Source: Selaginella moellendorffii (taxonomy: Eukaryota; Plantae; Lycopodiophyta). From it: a stretch of 64,000 nt of DNA. Where the stretch lies: the NCBI RefSeq assembly GCF_000143415.4, contig NW_003314308.1, forward strand, positions 1,282,654 through 1,346,653. Reading direction: 5' to 3'. This document shows, one piece after another, positions 46,993 to 59,250 of the stretch (position 1 is its first letter; each line of letters opens with the position of its first letter). The position numbers and the translations under genes are program-made. The notes below the pieces were generated by a model that ran no database searches, was not told the origin of the DNA, and saw only the letters and a program-made list of their open reading frames with translations.

Positions 46993-48853
46993 CTACGATG
47001 CCAAGCTCCATCCACGCTCTGCCAATGCGGCACGGACTCTCTCGGCCGCAGCGGCATTGTCACTCAAAGGAGGATAGCTCCAGCTCTCAGATATCTGATC
47101 AAGATCATCACAAACAACAAAGAGAATCAATGACTGTGGAGCGTAAAAACATTTGCACTCACATCTTCTAGTCCGGTGAAGTTCCTTGCCACTCCTTTGT
47201 GTCTCAAGCTCTTGTGGAAACTTCGAAACTTCCATGTACATCTCTCGGCTCCAAGAACATACACGGGCTTCCTGCAGAAGTTGAAAGAACAAATCAATGA
47301 AGAAATATAGCATGGATACGAAAAGTTCACACGCTCACCCTGTGCTACACGCCTCGCTCAACATGCTGATCGAGTCTGCTGTGACGACAAAGGCATCCCC
47401 CCACGCAAGGTGTCCCAAGTGTGGATTTGGACCTGCTAGACAGCAACTGCTAGATTATCAACGTAAAGAGCTTCGCAAATGGGACAGTGCTACCAGTGCC
47501 GTCGAAGATGTGAACGTTTGGGAGATCGCCGAGCTCTCTCTGGATAACATCACACACCTGTCAAGTCCAGCAAAAGCTTAGCATTTCTTCGATCTAGAAT
47601 TGAAAACAACCTTAGCCGGTGTTCGTCGTGAATATGAGATGCGAACACTTCCGCACGAGGATAGCACGCGTTTCAGCTTGGACGCAAGTTCCTGGGCAAG
47701 GTCCTGGCCATAGTGACAACATCCTGGATCAGAGTAGAGAGGAAGAACGAGTAAAACGAAAGACCGATGAGAACAAACGACTCACGCATAGGCCCGCCGA
47801 TGTTCACAATCAGCAATGGCTTTGGAAGCGGCGCGAGCAGTGAATGCCAGGTTTCTGCAGCTGAGCGCAACATGGAAGGATCCGCAAGATGTAGAGCTCC
47901 CACTGTAAGCACCTGCCAAGCGGAGCAACACAACACGTAAGAAACCAACAATGAGAGCGAGAGGAAAAAACTTACGACGCGTTTATCAGGAGGCTGGTGT
48001 GGAGTGAGAAACGGTATCAAGAATCTGGGAGCTTCCTGTCGCGCAGCCGGGCTAAGCGTGTAATAGTCGTGAACGGGTGTGATGACCATGTCGAAGTTAT
48101 CCAAGCAGCGCCTGGGGTGTTGTATCTAAGCACCAAAAAAATGCAAACTAAAGGAAAAGAGAAAGGTAAAGAAAGTGTGTAGAGAACCCACACATACCTG
48201 AACAACAAAGGTAGCGCCAGGAGCCAGCTTCTTCACACTCTCGGCAATGGAAACCGTGTCACGCCCGGCCGCAAGAACAAGCAAAGGTCCATTCCTAGAA
48301 GCAAGCAAGAATCTCCCTAAGTTACTCGATCCCAAAACGCAATTTTGAAAGGAAATCCAAAGTAGTACCTTGCACTCTCCAGGTTTGCCAGATCGGCTAG
48401 TTTCTTCGCATCGGCTGCTTCGATGCCACTCAAACCCGCGCTACTGATGCCAATGGTTTTCTGGCTTTGAAGCCGGAATCCCAGCGAAGTAGCAAAGCGT
48501 TGCCACCATACGAGATGCAAGTGCCGCACCAAGCAGTCGATCTTCTTGTGAATTCCAAGCGGCAGCCATCGGAGCCAACGATTGAATTCACCCGTTGGTC
48601 GATCCACACGCTGGAAATTCCCACATCACACACTGCAAAAAAGCAAACAAGCAAAAGAACTCACATAGATGGTGTAGCTGCTGGCAAGACCGAGCGCCCG
48701 GACCAAACCAATGGATTGATGCTCAGCTCCAGCGGCGCCATTGCCGATGATGACCGCGCGGCGCACCACAGTTGACAATCCCCGATCGAAAATCTCTGGC
48801 GTCGCATGGCTCACGCTCACGCCCGGCGGATCGGGCAATCTGATCGCTCTCAT
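46993..48853 (-). CDS. ELM1: Mitochondrial fission protein ELM1, multi-exon
   Basis: MRAIRLPDPP...PEIF...RRAVIIGNGAAGAEHQSIGLVRALGL; GPLLVLAAGRDT; IQHPR; LAPLPKPLLIVNIGGP; PNPHLGHLAWGDAFVVTADSISMLSEACSTGKPVYV; WSYPPLSD. Confidence 0.95.
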
Positions 48854-49152
48854 ACCTGGAGCTCCTTAAACCCTAGCTTGTTAGGTCTTTAGCCAATGTG
48901 GCACCATGTTATTGGACCACGTCGATTTTAAAATTTTCATGTGGCAGGAGAAGTCCAGCCACATCAGCTTCCAAGTAAGTTTATAAAGGTGAACTTCAAT
49001 TACTATGAGATCTTCCCTCTCCTCTCTTCCAAAAATCCACAAATGGTGTGTGATAAGAATCTCTCTCTCGCTCGCCTTCTCTCGATAGCTAGCTAGCTCG
49101 ATAGAATTACACGCGCGTCGCGTCGATCCCCATCTTTCTTCCTCGCTCGAGA

Positions 49153-51270
49153 TCACAGCCCGGCCTTCTTCTTGAGGTGCTGCTTGAAATCGATGATATC
49201 TCCCTCCCACCGCGTCACCGTCTTGTTCTCGCACACCCAGATCTCCTTGGCCACCTGGTTGATGAGCCGGAAGTCGTGACTCACCAGCACCAATCCGCCG
49301 TCCCAATCGTTGAGCGCATCCGCCAGCGAGTCGATGGTCTCGATATCCAAGTGGTTCGTCGGCTCGTCCAGGAGAAGTAAGTGAGGCTGCCTCCACGCCA
49401 GCCACGCGAAGATCACTCGGCTCCTCTGCCCGTCCGAGAGGTTCCCCATCGGCATGATCTGTGCCTTGCCGGTCAGCCCGAATCGTCCCACCGCCGCTCG
49501 CATCTTCTCCTCCTCCAGCCCCGGGTACTCGGCCATCATGTACTGGAGAGCCGAGACCTCCAAGTTGAGCTTGTCCGCCAAGTGCTGGTGGAACTGGGCG
49601 ATCCGGAGATGGTTGTGCCGTCGAACCATGCCGTCCAGAGGCACCAGCTCGCCCGTCATCAGCTTGAGCAGCGTGCTCTTCCCTGCTCCATTCGGCCCGA
49701 CCAAAGCGATCCGCGAGTCGAGATCCACTCCAAAGTCGATCTTTTTGTAGATGAGGTTGTCCGGGGTGTAGCCAAAGTCGACCTCCACGAACTGGAGGAC
49801 TGGCGGCGGGAGCTTGCCGACGTCCGTGAACCGGAAGACGAGCACCTTGTCCTTGACGATCTTCTCCGTCAAGCCACCTCTCTCCATCTTGGCCAGCGTC
49901 TTCTCTTTGCTCTGGGCCTGGCGTGCCAGCTTCGCGGAGCCGTGCCCGAATCTCGCGATGTATTCCTTCATCGACGAGATTTGCTCCTGCTCCCACTTGT
50001 ACTGTTTCATCTGGTTCTCCTCCAGCTCCGAGCGAGTTTGGATGTACTGGTCGTAGTTTCCGGTGTAGAACTTGAGCTTCTTGTTCTGCATGTGGATGAT
50101 GTTGGTGCACACGCCGTTCAAGAAGTCCTGCGAGTGCGATATGACCATCAGGATCCGGCTGAATTTCTTCAGCGTCTCCTCCAGCCAGACGCATGCCTCG
50201 AGATCTGCAAACACGACAGCGTAGAAACCCATTAGAACACGCTAGAACACGCACGAGAAAGAAACAAGCGAGAAAACTGGACTCACCAAGGTGATTAGTG
50301 GGTTCGTCGAGTAAAAGAATGGTGGGATTCATAAATAGTGCCCTGGCAAGAGCAATTCTCATTCTCCATCCTCCCGAAAAATCACGAGTACTTTTAGCTT
50401 GCATCTTCTTAGTAAATCCAAGACCATGCAAGATCTCGGCCGCTCGCTTCTCAGCAGTGGCCGAGTCCATGGCTTCTAATCGCTCATAAATCCGATCAAG
50501 TGGTTCTCCACCGCCAGCGTCCTGTGAAAGAAACGAAAGGCATGCTCACGCGGGGGAACGAAAAAACATTGAAACTTTTTTTTTGCTACACACCTGAGCA
50601 GCAAGCTTCTCGGCCTCCTGCTCCAGTTTCAAGCGCTCGTCATCGACATTCACAACAGCCTCCAGTGCAGTGAGGTCGGTTGCCTCGATTTCTCGAGTCA
50701 AGTGATAGATATCCATGTGTTCTGGGATCGGAACTTCACGGGAACCAATCGCGCTGAGAAGTGTGGACTTCCCGCAACCATTGAGCCCGAGAAGCCCATA
50801 CCGTCTGCCAAGATGGCAAAGCAAAACAATCACTGGTTTAGAAAAGAAAACCAAGCCAAAAAGAAAAATCTTCGCTGTCAATCTAGTTCACCTTCCATAG
50901 TTTAGCTCGAGAGTGGAATCAGAGACGAGCTCGTGTCCATGGAATGTCACGCTCAAAGATTCAATCTAGAGGAAGAAAAAAAATTCCAGATTTGGGGTAA
51001 GAAAAAAATCGAGCTGGAACAAAGATCCCATCACCGACTTACATGAATATCTCGCGATTGAGGATGCGATGCCAACACTCCCGTGCAGGTCCGATCCGTG
51101 ATGCTCATCCCTTGCATTTCTTCGTTGAGGGCGGCGGCGGCGGCGGCGCCATTCTGATTTTGCTCGTCGGCGACCTTGGAAGAAGTAGCGGCAGCTGATT
51201 TAGATCCTCTCTTGGCGACGGCGGCCGCTTTCTTGGCGGCGGCTTTCTTCTTACTCGCATCCGACACCAT
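49153..51270 (-). CDS. ABCF1: ABC-F family soluble ATPase ABCF1, 5 exons
   Basis: [11 protein letters not shown]; [18 protein letters not shown]; Walker [10 protein letters not shown] and GPNGAGKST; [12 protein letters not shown]; [11 protein letters not shown] twice. Confidence 0.97.
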
Positions 51271-51473
51271 CGCTCCTCCCTTTCCTCTCGATCGACCCTG
51301 GGACGAAGAACACACCAAATATGCGCGCCTGCCCTAATCTCACTCTGGTGGTCTCTAGCATATTCTATTAGGTCGTGTAGATTCGTTTACATGGAAAATG
51401 CGGGGGCATTGCCGCGCCGAGGACGCCGACCGCTCCTCGCTCGATCGGCATCGCTGCTCGCGCTGGATCGATC

Positions 51474-53388
51474 CTAGATGAAGTGGAAGAAGGGAATGTT
51501 CGTGGATGGGAGCCAGGAATCGCCCTGGATGAAGCTCTGGACGGTGTAGCCTAGGGCATCGGCGATGCTGAGCTGCGTCGACCAGGGCACGCGCGAGAAG
51601 GCGCTGGCGCCGGGGCCGCAGCTGAGGTACTCCGCGAAGTAGAGCGTGGCGAGGGCGAAATTTCCATCCCAGGGCAGCCATCCCTCGGGCCGGACGAGCG
51701 ATTCCATGTAAGTGTGGAGGAAGATCGTCCGCGAGTAGAGCTTCCAGGGGCGGCCCAGGTAGGCGAGGTGCTTGCGCGGCTCGGCGAGGAGGCCGCGCAT
51801 GTACTCCTCGGTGCCATTGACGGTACAGTTTTGGAAGACGAGGCCGGTGGACTGGGCCGGATCGAGGCGGCCTTGCGCGGTGACGGTGCTGAGGATCACG
51901 CCCGGGTTGCCAGGGCGGACGCGGATGAGACAGTTCTGCAACACAGCCGCGGCATTGCCAAAGATGAAATCGATGGTACCTTCGATGCGGCAGTCCCTGT
52001 AGAACTGGCGGAAGGTGTGAGCGTAGAGGGTGTCCTGGTAGCCTAGGATCGAGCAGCTGTGGAAGGCCGACATATCACTGTCCACGCGAAGAGCTACTGC
52101 CTGGTGGCCCTCGGGTCCCGCGGTGTTCTCCACTGTTAAGTCACGGGCCAGGAAGCCTTTGCCGTTCACAGCTGAGAGCCACAGCACAACAACACGCAAA
52201 GGTATGTGTCAGTTCTTCTTCCTCGTTTCTTTCTCTTTTCTTTCGTGCTCGAACAAGCAAAACCATGACTTCTAACTTATGATCATTCAGGTAGTACCGA
52301 CCGAGTGTTGCCGACGCGAACGTCGTGGTGCCGCCTTTGGACACGCTCATACTCCCCCGGATGATGGTCTTGTCCATCCCGTCGCCCACGAACATGAGCA
52401 TCGACTTTTGGAGCGGGATCCTCACGTTCTCGGGGTAGACACCGGCTTTGATGTAAATCACGTAGCGGGCGGTGCAGTGGTTTGGCGCGTGGTCGACGGC
52501 CGCTTGGATGCTGGTGAAGATGGTGAGCTGCGGCTGGTCCGGCGTGCGGGAGACAATTGCCGAGGGAGAGATCAGTGAAGCGGGGGCTTCGAGAAGGCGA
52601 CGATCGTGCATTCCCAGCCAGGACGGGGCTGAATTGCTCGTGGTATCGACCGAGAAGAAAGAAGAAGTCAGAGAAGCTTGCAGCTTTCGCTTGTGGAGAG
52701 TCGGGCGTTTCCAGTGCTGTGGATTGGAACCGTAAGAGGCGAAGGCATCAACCATGGACAAGGCATTGCTGATGAGACGGGCGACAGACTCGAGCTTGTG
52801 CATCATCTTCTTGATGAATTTGGTCTTCTTTACGACGGACAGCGACGAGGTACAGTCGGTCTGATATGTGAGAACCCCGCTGAGCCATTGCTGCATGTCT
52901 TGGACTTGCTTGTCCAGGTCGGAGTCGACGCATTCCTGGAGCCAGAACTTGGAGGACGTGAGAAGGTCCTTGCAGTCCCGAGCGATGCCCTTGACACTTA
53001 CGTCGGAGGCGGACTCCTGGATGAGCTGGTCGGCGAAGGCGTCGCTCTCGTTCACGCCTTGGTAGGCGATGGTGATTGAGATGCCGACGAGCTGCTGGGA
53101 ATACTTGGCATTGGTTGCTCCAGGACTTGTCACCAGCGACGAGTAGCAAACGTCGGGGAACTGGGTTGCCTGGCACACTAGGCTGATATTCCCGGTGGTG
53201 TTCATTGCTCCCAAGTTCCTGCCGCGATCATCATCACCACTGGCAGTCACAACATTAGCTGCACAGAGGAGGAAGAGGAGGAAGACTAGATTTCTTAAGC
53301 AGTAGCGGGAGCAGCAGGAAGAGGAGGAGGAAACAACGTTGTGGTTGCGTAGAGACGACGAGAAAGAAGGAGAAGAAGAAGAAGCCAT
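51474..53388 (-). CDS. PME: Type I pectin methylesterase (PMEI + PME), 2 exons
   Basis: Hydrophobic N-terminus, PMEI Cys pattern, RKLQ and RRLL, QAVAL, QDTL, DFIFG, LGRPW. Intron 52172-52301. Confidence 0.95.
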
Positions 53389-54818
53389 CACCTCACCAGC
53401 GAGCAATGCATCACCAAGGCACACACACTCATACAACTGAAAAACAGCCCGCCCCTGGTTTTAAGAATGGAAGTGTGCCAAGGGAGAGAAAGAGAAAAGA
53501 AAGCAGGGGGATAGAAGGACAGGCATCCGGTCACATAGCTCGCCGCCAGCGTGCGAGGAGGAAAAGAAAACTCAGCGAGAATAAACTATTCTGGAAAATC
53601 TAGAAAGAATGCGGCTGGGAAAGGAGAGGTACATATTTGCCAGTGGGAGCCCCGTGATTTTTTCTGCGACTCGTGCTACTGCAAGCACTGCTCCTCCCAT
53701 GAGCGTGGTCACCGATGACAAAACGGAAAAAATTCTCTGAGCGACTACAGGTATTCACCTCTCTTTTCTCTCCTTCTCGATTTTTTGAGCTGGTTTGGAT
53801 TGTTGTTGCCTGGATTCTTGTCTGGCTTATTTTTTGTTTGTTTGATCCATCTGATCTTGATCTGACTGATTAACTGTAAGACTGGTAAGTAAGTTAACGA
53901 ACTGACAGTCCTGGAAATGCTCAGGCACTCCTACCCTGCGTCGTTCTCATCTCGGCATACCCCGACGAAGCAGTGGAAGCGATGAGCTCGGAGTCGTCGC
54001 GTGGTTGATAGAGTCCAAAACAAAACTCTGGAAAGCTTTAGCCCCAGCAGTGGCAGCAGCGGCAGCAGTACCAGTAGCAGCAGCTCTATAGGTGCGTGGC
54101 TCTGGCTTCGGCTTGGTATGGTATAACTCGCGAGCTTAACTTTGCAGGAAGTGAGTGGCTGCCAACGGTGGCAATGCAAAAAACTCCAAGTGCTAAATAC
54201 AATTCACTGCGACAGTGCCGCAAATAGTGCGAGGTCCCAATCCACCACAGCTTTCTTTCTCGCAAGCACATGGAAACGTTATAACTTGGCTGGGTGGCTC
54301 GCTGGGACGTGTGGGAATTGTCTTATGTGCTGCTGCTGCTGCTGCTGCTGCCGCTACTGCGAGCAAGAATTCAAGGCAAGTAAACGATTCAACCCAACTA
54401 TATGATATAGCAGATGATAAAGCTATCATGTATCGCAGGAGGGCGGTGTACATCACGGACGAAAGCCGACACAAACTATTTCGTCTTGCGTGCGAGCTAT
54501 ATATCTATACGATAATTCATGTGAGCCAAGAAGCCTCGTAAGTGCCTACCAGCGCTTGCTGCAGCAGCTATATTCAAGAGTCCCACGGACAGTTCCAGGG
54601 CTACATCAAACTTATAAAGCTTCGCTAGTCTCCTCGCCCTCTGGAAAAAGTGACATGGATGCGAGAAATTATATCGCCTCTCAGGAGAGGATGACACTTC
54701 GCGATACAAAATGCTTTCTTCGGAATGGGACAGTACTTGGGAGCTGTCAGGTAAATCTTTGCTTCGCAAGAAACGGGGAAAAGAATACTTATATAAGTTT
54801 CTCCTTATGTGCAGCCGC

Positions 54819-56758
54819 TCAGAGATTATTGGCGAAGACGACTCCACTGTAAGGCAGCCAGTCGAGACCAGATATGAGCTTCCCGACAGTAAACTGCCGG
54901 GCCTGGTCCATGGTGAGGCTTGGAACGCTCCAGTACACTCGGCCTGATTGAGCCGCGCCTGCTCCGGTGTTGAGGTACTCGCCAAAGAAGACGGTCTTGT
55001 ATCTGTGAAGCGGTGCTCCTTCCCACTCGCTCCAGCCAGCCGGATAGATTATCCCCCCGATGTCCGACTGCATGAAGACGGTGGTGGCGTAGTCCTTCCA
55101 GGGGCGCCCCAGGTACGCAGGGAATCTGTGACTCTGCGCCACCAGCCGACCGGAGCCTTCCACTCGACAGCCATGGAAGCTAAAGCCCGTGTTTTGGAGA
55201 TCGGTGACGCGGCCGTGCGCCGTGATCATGATCTTCTGGCCAGGATCCGGGAGCAGTGCCTGGATGTTACACCGTTGGAAGACTGCTGCAGCGTTTCCAA
55301 AGATGAAGTCGACGGTCCCGGAGACAACGCATTCTCTGTAGAAGTGCCGGCTCGAGTGAGCGTACAGGGTGTCCTGGTAGCCATTGAAGGAGCACCGGTA
55401 GAAGGCTGCTTGATCGCCACTCACCCGGACGGCCACTGCTTGGCGTCCTTTGGGTCCGGCCAGGTTTCGTACGCTTAAGTGGCTGGCAACGAATCCTCGC
55501 CCATTGATCGCTGCGAATCAAGAGTTATATCATTAGTCAGGGAAGAGTTCTAACTGAGTTCTAGCTATGGTGGTGATATAAAGCAAGTGTTCTAGTGATG
55601 GTGGTGATATAAAGGAGAGTTCTGATATAAAGAAAGAGTTTTTCTCTTACCGAGGGTGGCAGAGCCAAAGGTGGTGGAGCCTCCAGCGACGCTTCTTTGG
55701 CCCTGGATGATCGTCTTGTCAATTCCATCGCCCAGGAAGGCGAGATTAGTCACTGCCTTGGGTACTACCACTGCCTCGTCATAAATCCCCTGCTTTATGT
55801 ATATCACATGCATTGTGCGGCTCTTGAGCGGTGCCGCGTCAATCGCCTCTTGAATGGACACGAACTGACCACTGCCATCTTTCGCGACAATGGCATTTGC
55901 GGGCGCCATCTCGCTGGAACCCCCTTGTTGCAGCAAATGCCGCCTCTGGGCATCTGTGATCCACTCTGGGAGAGAGCTCAGTGGCGGCGAGCTGAGCAAT
56001 CTCCTTCTTGTTGGAGTTCCCGGGAAGGTCTTGTCCAAGAGGGCCTTGAACGCGACGAAGAAGCTGAGAGCGTTCGTGAGGATCTCCTGGACGTACTCGG
56101 ATCTTGCTTGCAGTGGCAACAGCTTCTCCTGCTGCCGCTCGCTGTCGATCGCGTCGGCGCAGGTGGTGTGGAATGTGAGCGCCGAGCTGAGCCAGGTATG
56201 GATGTTCTCCATGGACGGCGAGAAGCCCCGAAAGGATTTGAGGTCGAGGGTGTCGAGCTCCGACATGGAGTGATCCAGGTGGTCGAGTGAGTCGAGAAGA
56301 TTGTCGGAGCAGTCGCCCAGTGCGTCCATGGTGGTGAGGTTGACGAGATTGGTCTGGGTTTCCAGCTCGCTGGAGATGTTGTGGACGAGAGCCAGGGATC
56401 TCTTCACTTCCTCCACCGCGGCTGTGATTCCAAGCAGAGCTAGCTTCTTGGGATTGGCGCCTGGAGCGTCGGGATAGCCAGAGAGCGAGGAAATGCAGGA
56501 TGGGGGAAATGCCGTCCTGTTGCAAAGCGCGAGCAGTGAGTTGGATGATCCAGCGTTTGCCCCCTGGCGATTGGAAGAGCTCTCCGACCTCTGGTGGGAT
56601 CTGGTGACCGAGACTCCAATCCCTATGCCTAGAACCAAGACGAGCAGCAGCAGTGTGGCTATGGCGGAGATGATAATGCAGCGCTTTCTTCGCGCCTTGG
56701 CCTCTTCTAGTCGGGCTGCGTATGGATCGAAGCTATTGACGAAGTTTAAGGGCTTCAT
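54819..56758 (-). CDS. PME: Type I pectin methylesterase (TM + PMEI + PME), 2 exons
   Basis: TM helix, PMEI domain, RRLL and RHLL, QAVAV, QDTL, DFIFG, LGRPW. Intron 55511-55650. Confidence 0.95.
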
Positions 56759-57179
56759 GGTTTTTAAAGCCCCCTTCTACGAGATAGCTAGCCACTATGA
56801 GAACCTGGATTGATGCTTGTTTCCCCCACAGAGAGAAATAGACGAGCGCTTTTCGTTTCCAAAACCTGTGACAAGGGAGACCACATGATGAACAACGTGC
56901 AGCTTCTTGACATTCGTTCTTCCTTACCAACTTTGGCAATATATATTAAATGATGCATGTGCAATTTCACAGAAATATTGGATGTAAAAGAATATTCTTA
57001 GAGTTTATAACTTGTTTATTGTTATAAATATTTACTAGATATAAAAAATGGACAAAAAATGAAATGATCCAAAAATTATGTGGTACATCTGGCAAATGTG
57101 ATAAAAGAGACAAGGCTTTCCCACCGTCGGGAATATAAAAGTAAGCTCCAATCGAGAGGAACAGTTTCGGCGCAGTATC

Positions 57180-57980
57180 AGAGCCCTGTACCAGGTTGCT
57201 GAAAGACGAGTCCACCGCCGAATACTTGACCACATCTCCCTCTCGAGTTACCCAAAACATCACCACCTTTCAGCAGCTCATACAATCTTGGAGTGTCAAA
57301 TCTCCTGCCCTCCAGTAGCACCTTAAAAGTATACATGACGGCTTTGCCTCGCAATTCTACCAACTTTTTTCTTACCCAGCGGCACTCGAATTTGTGGGAC
57401 TCATGTTCACCTTGTGCCACACTCCACGCCTCGGATCCAGCTTGTAAATGTCATCAAACATATACGCGTTGCGACACTTTCGGAAGAGCCTATAGCAGTC
57501 GCCCCTGATTGAGGCGCCCACTGCCATCAAGGCGACCCTCCTGTGCCCGCAGCAAACATCTATCCAGGAATCTGCACAATCGTACTTCCGGAATGGTCGA
57601 TGACGAGGATGAGAAGCTGCCCTCACCCAAGCCGATATTGTGTAAATCCGCGGTCTCCGCAAAGAGCTTCCATCGCTTGACGCTGGGCTATCGCCAGCTC
57701 CACACCACATTCAATAAGCACCAATCCTTCCCAAACCCGAATGAGCGATGCCTAGCGTCACCCACTGCTCCTCCCCAGTGTTGGAATCACACATCCATAG
57801 CTTGGATTCTTGGGCCGGGCAGTGAGAAACCTTAATCCGCGGCCGTAGGCGAGCTGCCAGCGGCAGCATTGGCTCCACAGCTTGGAGACGCAGCAGCACC
57901 GTGCCAGATCCCGCCGACCTAGATTTGTGACGATTATAGCTACCAGCTCTTCGCACCATCGCCCATGGCTTCCTCGCCAT
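57180..57980 (-). pseudogene. F-box (F-box-associated/kelch-like) gene relic
   Basis: EELVAIIVTNLGRRDLARCCCVSKLW F-box motif out of frame with the nearest ATG. Downstream beta-propeller-like pieces (IYKLDPRRGVWHKV) lie in different frames. Confidence 0.6.
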
Positions 57981-59250
57981 TCCGAAAATGCGAAGTTTAA
58001 ATCAATTGGACAAAACTGGGACACGAAAGGAAAATTTCGATCGTTCGTGGAATGAATGCCACAAAGAACTTGGGGACTATGGAAACCGGCTTTATATACA
58101 CATGCACGTTGGAATACAAGGTCATCGCAGTCGCGAAAAAAAGAATCGTGAAACGCGATCCGGTCGCAAACTTTGGTCAAATTAGTGAACTCTGAATAAG
58201 AGCACTGCATTTTCGTTGGACTTTCCCCGTCACTTCCGTACGAGGAATGATATCGCCACAAAGGTTTCCCTGTTTCCAGAAGCAATGCAAAACAAGCCAA
58301 AACCCATGAGATTATTAATCAATCACACGACAAGAAATATTGGTCAGTCTCATATGACATCGAGCAGCAGCAACTTCTCATTCGACCATCCTAGGACCAA
58401 GGCGATCGAGCGAGCGCTGAAGAAGAAAATGGGGAGTATGATCCTTACCATGGGCTGGGTCTCTGGACCGGCCCCGATCTGCCAGTCCTTCGTCACTCGC
58501 ACCACACCATCGGGGGATCTATCCTCACCTGCTGGATCGAGATCACCGTGTTCTACCATGGCACGCCCTTGGCGGTGGATAGCATTGACAACATCCTGCA
58601 TCCCGGGTGGTCTCATGTTTCGGCATCCGATCTGCCGGTCACTCTCCACACATTCAGCTGCCCAAGCAATTGGATATTACTTTTCTTTTTTCCCACACTT
58701 ATGCTAGTTGGTTTCTTTCAGACAGGATTTGAGGTCATCTTCCAGTCGGAGCTGTTGCTGCTCAAGGGCCTGCTGCCGCTGCCATTTTCATGGCGGTGCC
58801 GGTGTTTCATAGACGAGTTTGAGGGATTTGAGCGCCACTGCTTGGACGCGAAGTGGTGTCCGCGAGAGCACTTAGGGATGACTTGGGTATGTTTTCTGTA
58901 GAATCCTTTTTCTCGATCTCCTGTGCATTGGCAGAGATCATCTTGGTAATCCTGACGAGTTTTATGATCCCGCGTACAATGACTTTGCTTGGCCCAAAGG
59001 GGGTCCCTCGATACTACTACTACACTACTAGATATGAGATCTTGGAGATTCCAAAACCACGACAAGATAGAATTCCACCAGTGACGAGATATATTATCAT
59101 TTGTACGTGAAACTTATCATCTGGTGAATGTATATCCTTCTGCATGTAATCGAAGCTTCACAATGCAAAGTGATGTGAGATGGTTCAAGCGCTTTCATCA
59201 CGATCTTTGTCTTAGTGATCGAATCATATAGAAGCCAGCTTGATCTTTCG

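Noticed and set aside
48881-50470. 529-aa ORF in the track
   Set aside because: Read-through of an ABCF1 intron into a shifted frame; the real protein continues in 49153-50232.
54046-54360. CAG/CTG inverted arms and a 13-nt miR396-like stretch (CCACAGCTTTCTT) as a MIRNA precursor
   Set aside because: Pairing is limited to low-complexity triplets; the interior is not self-complementary and there is no star strand.
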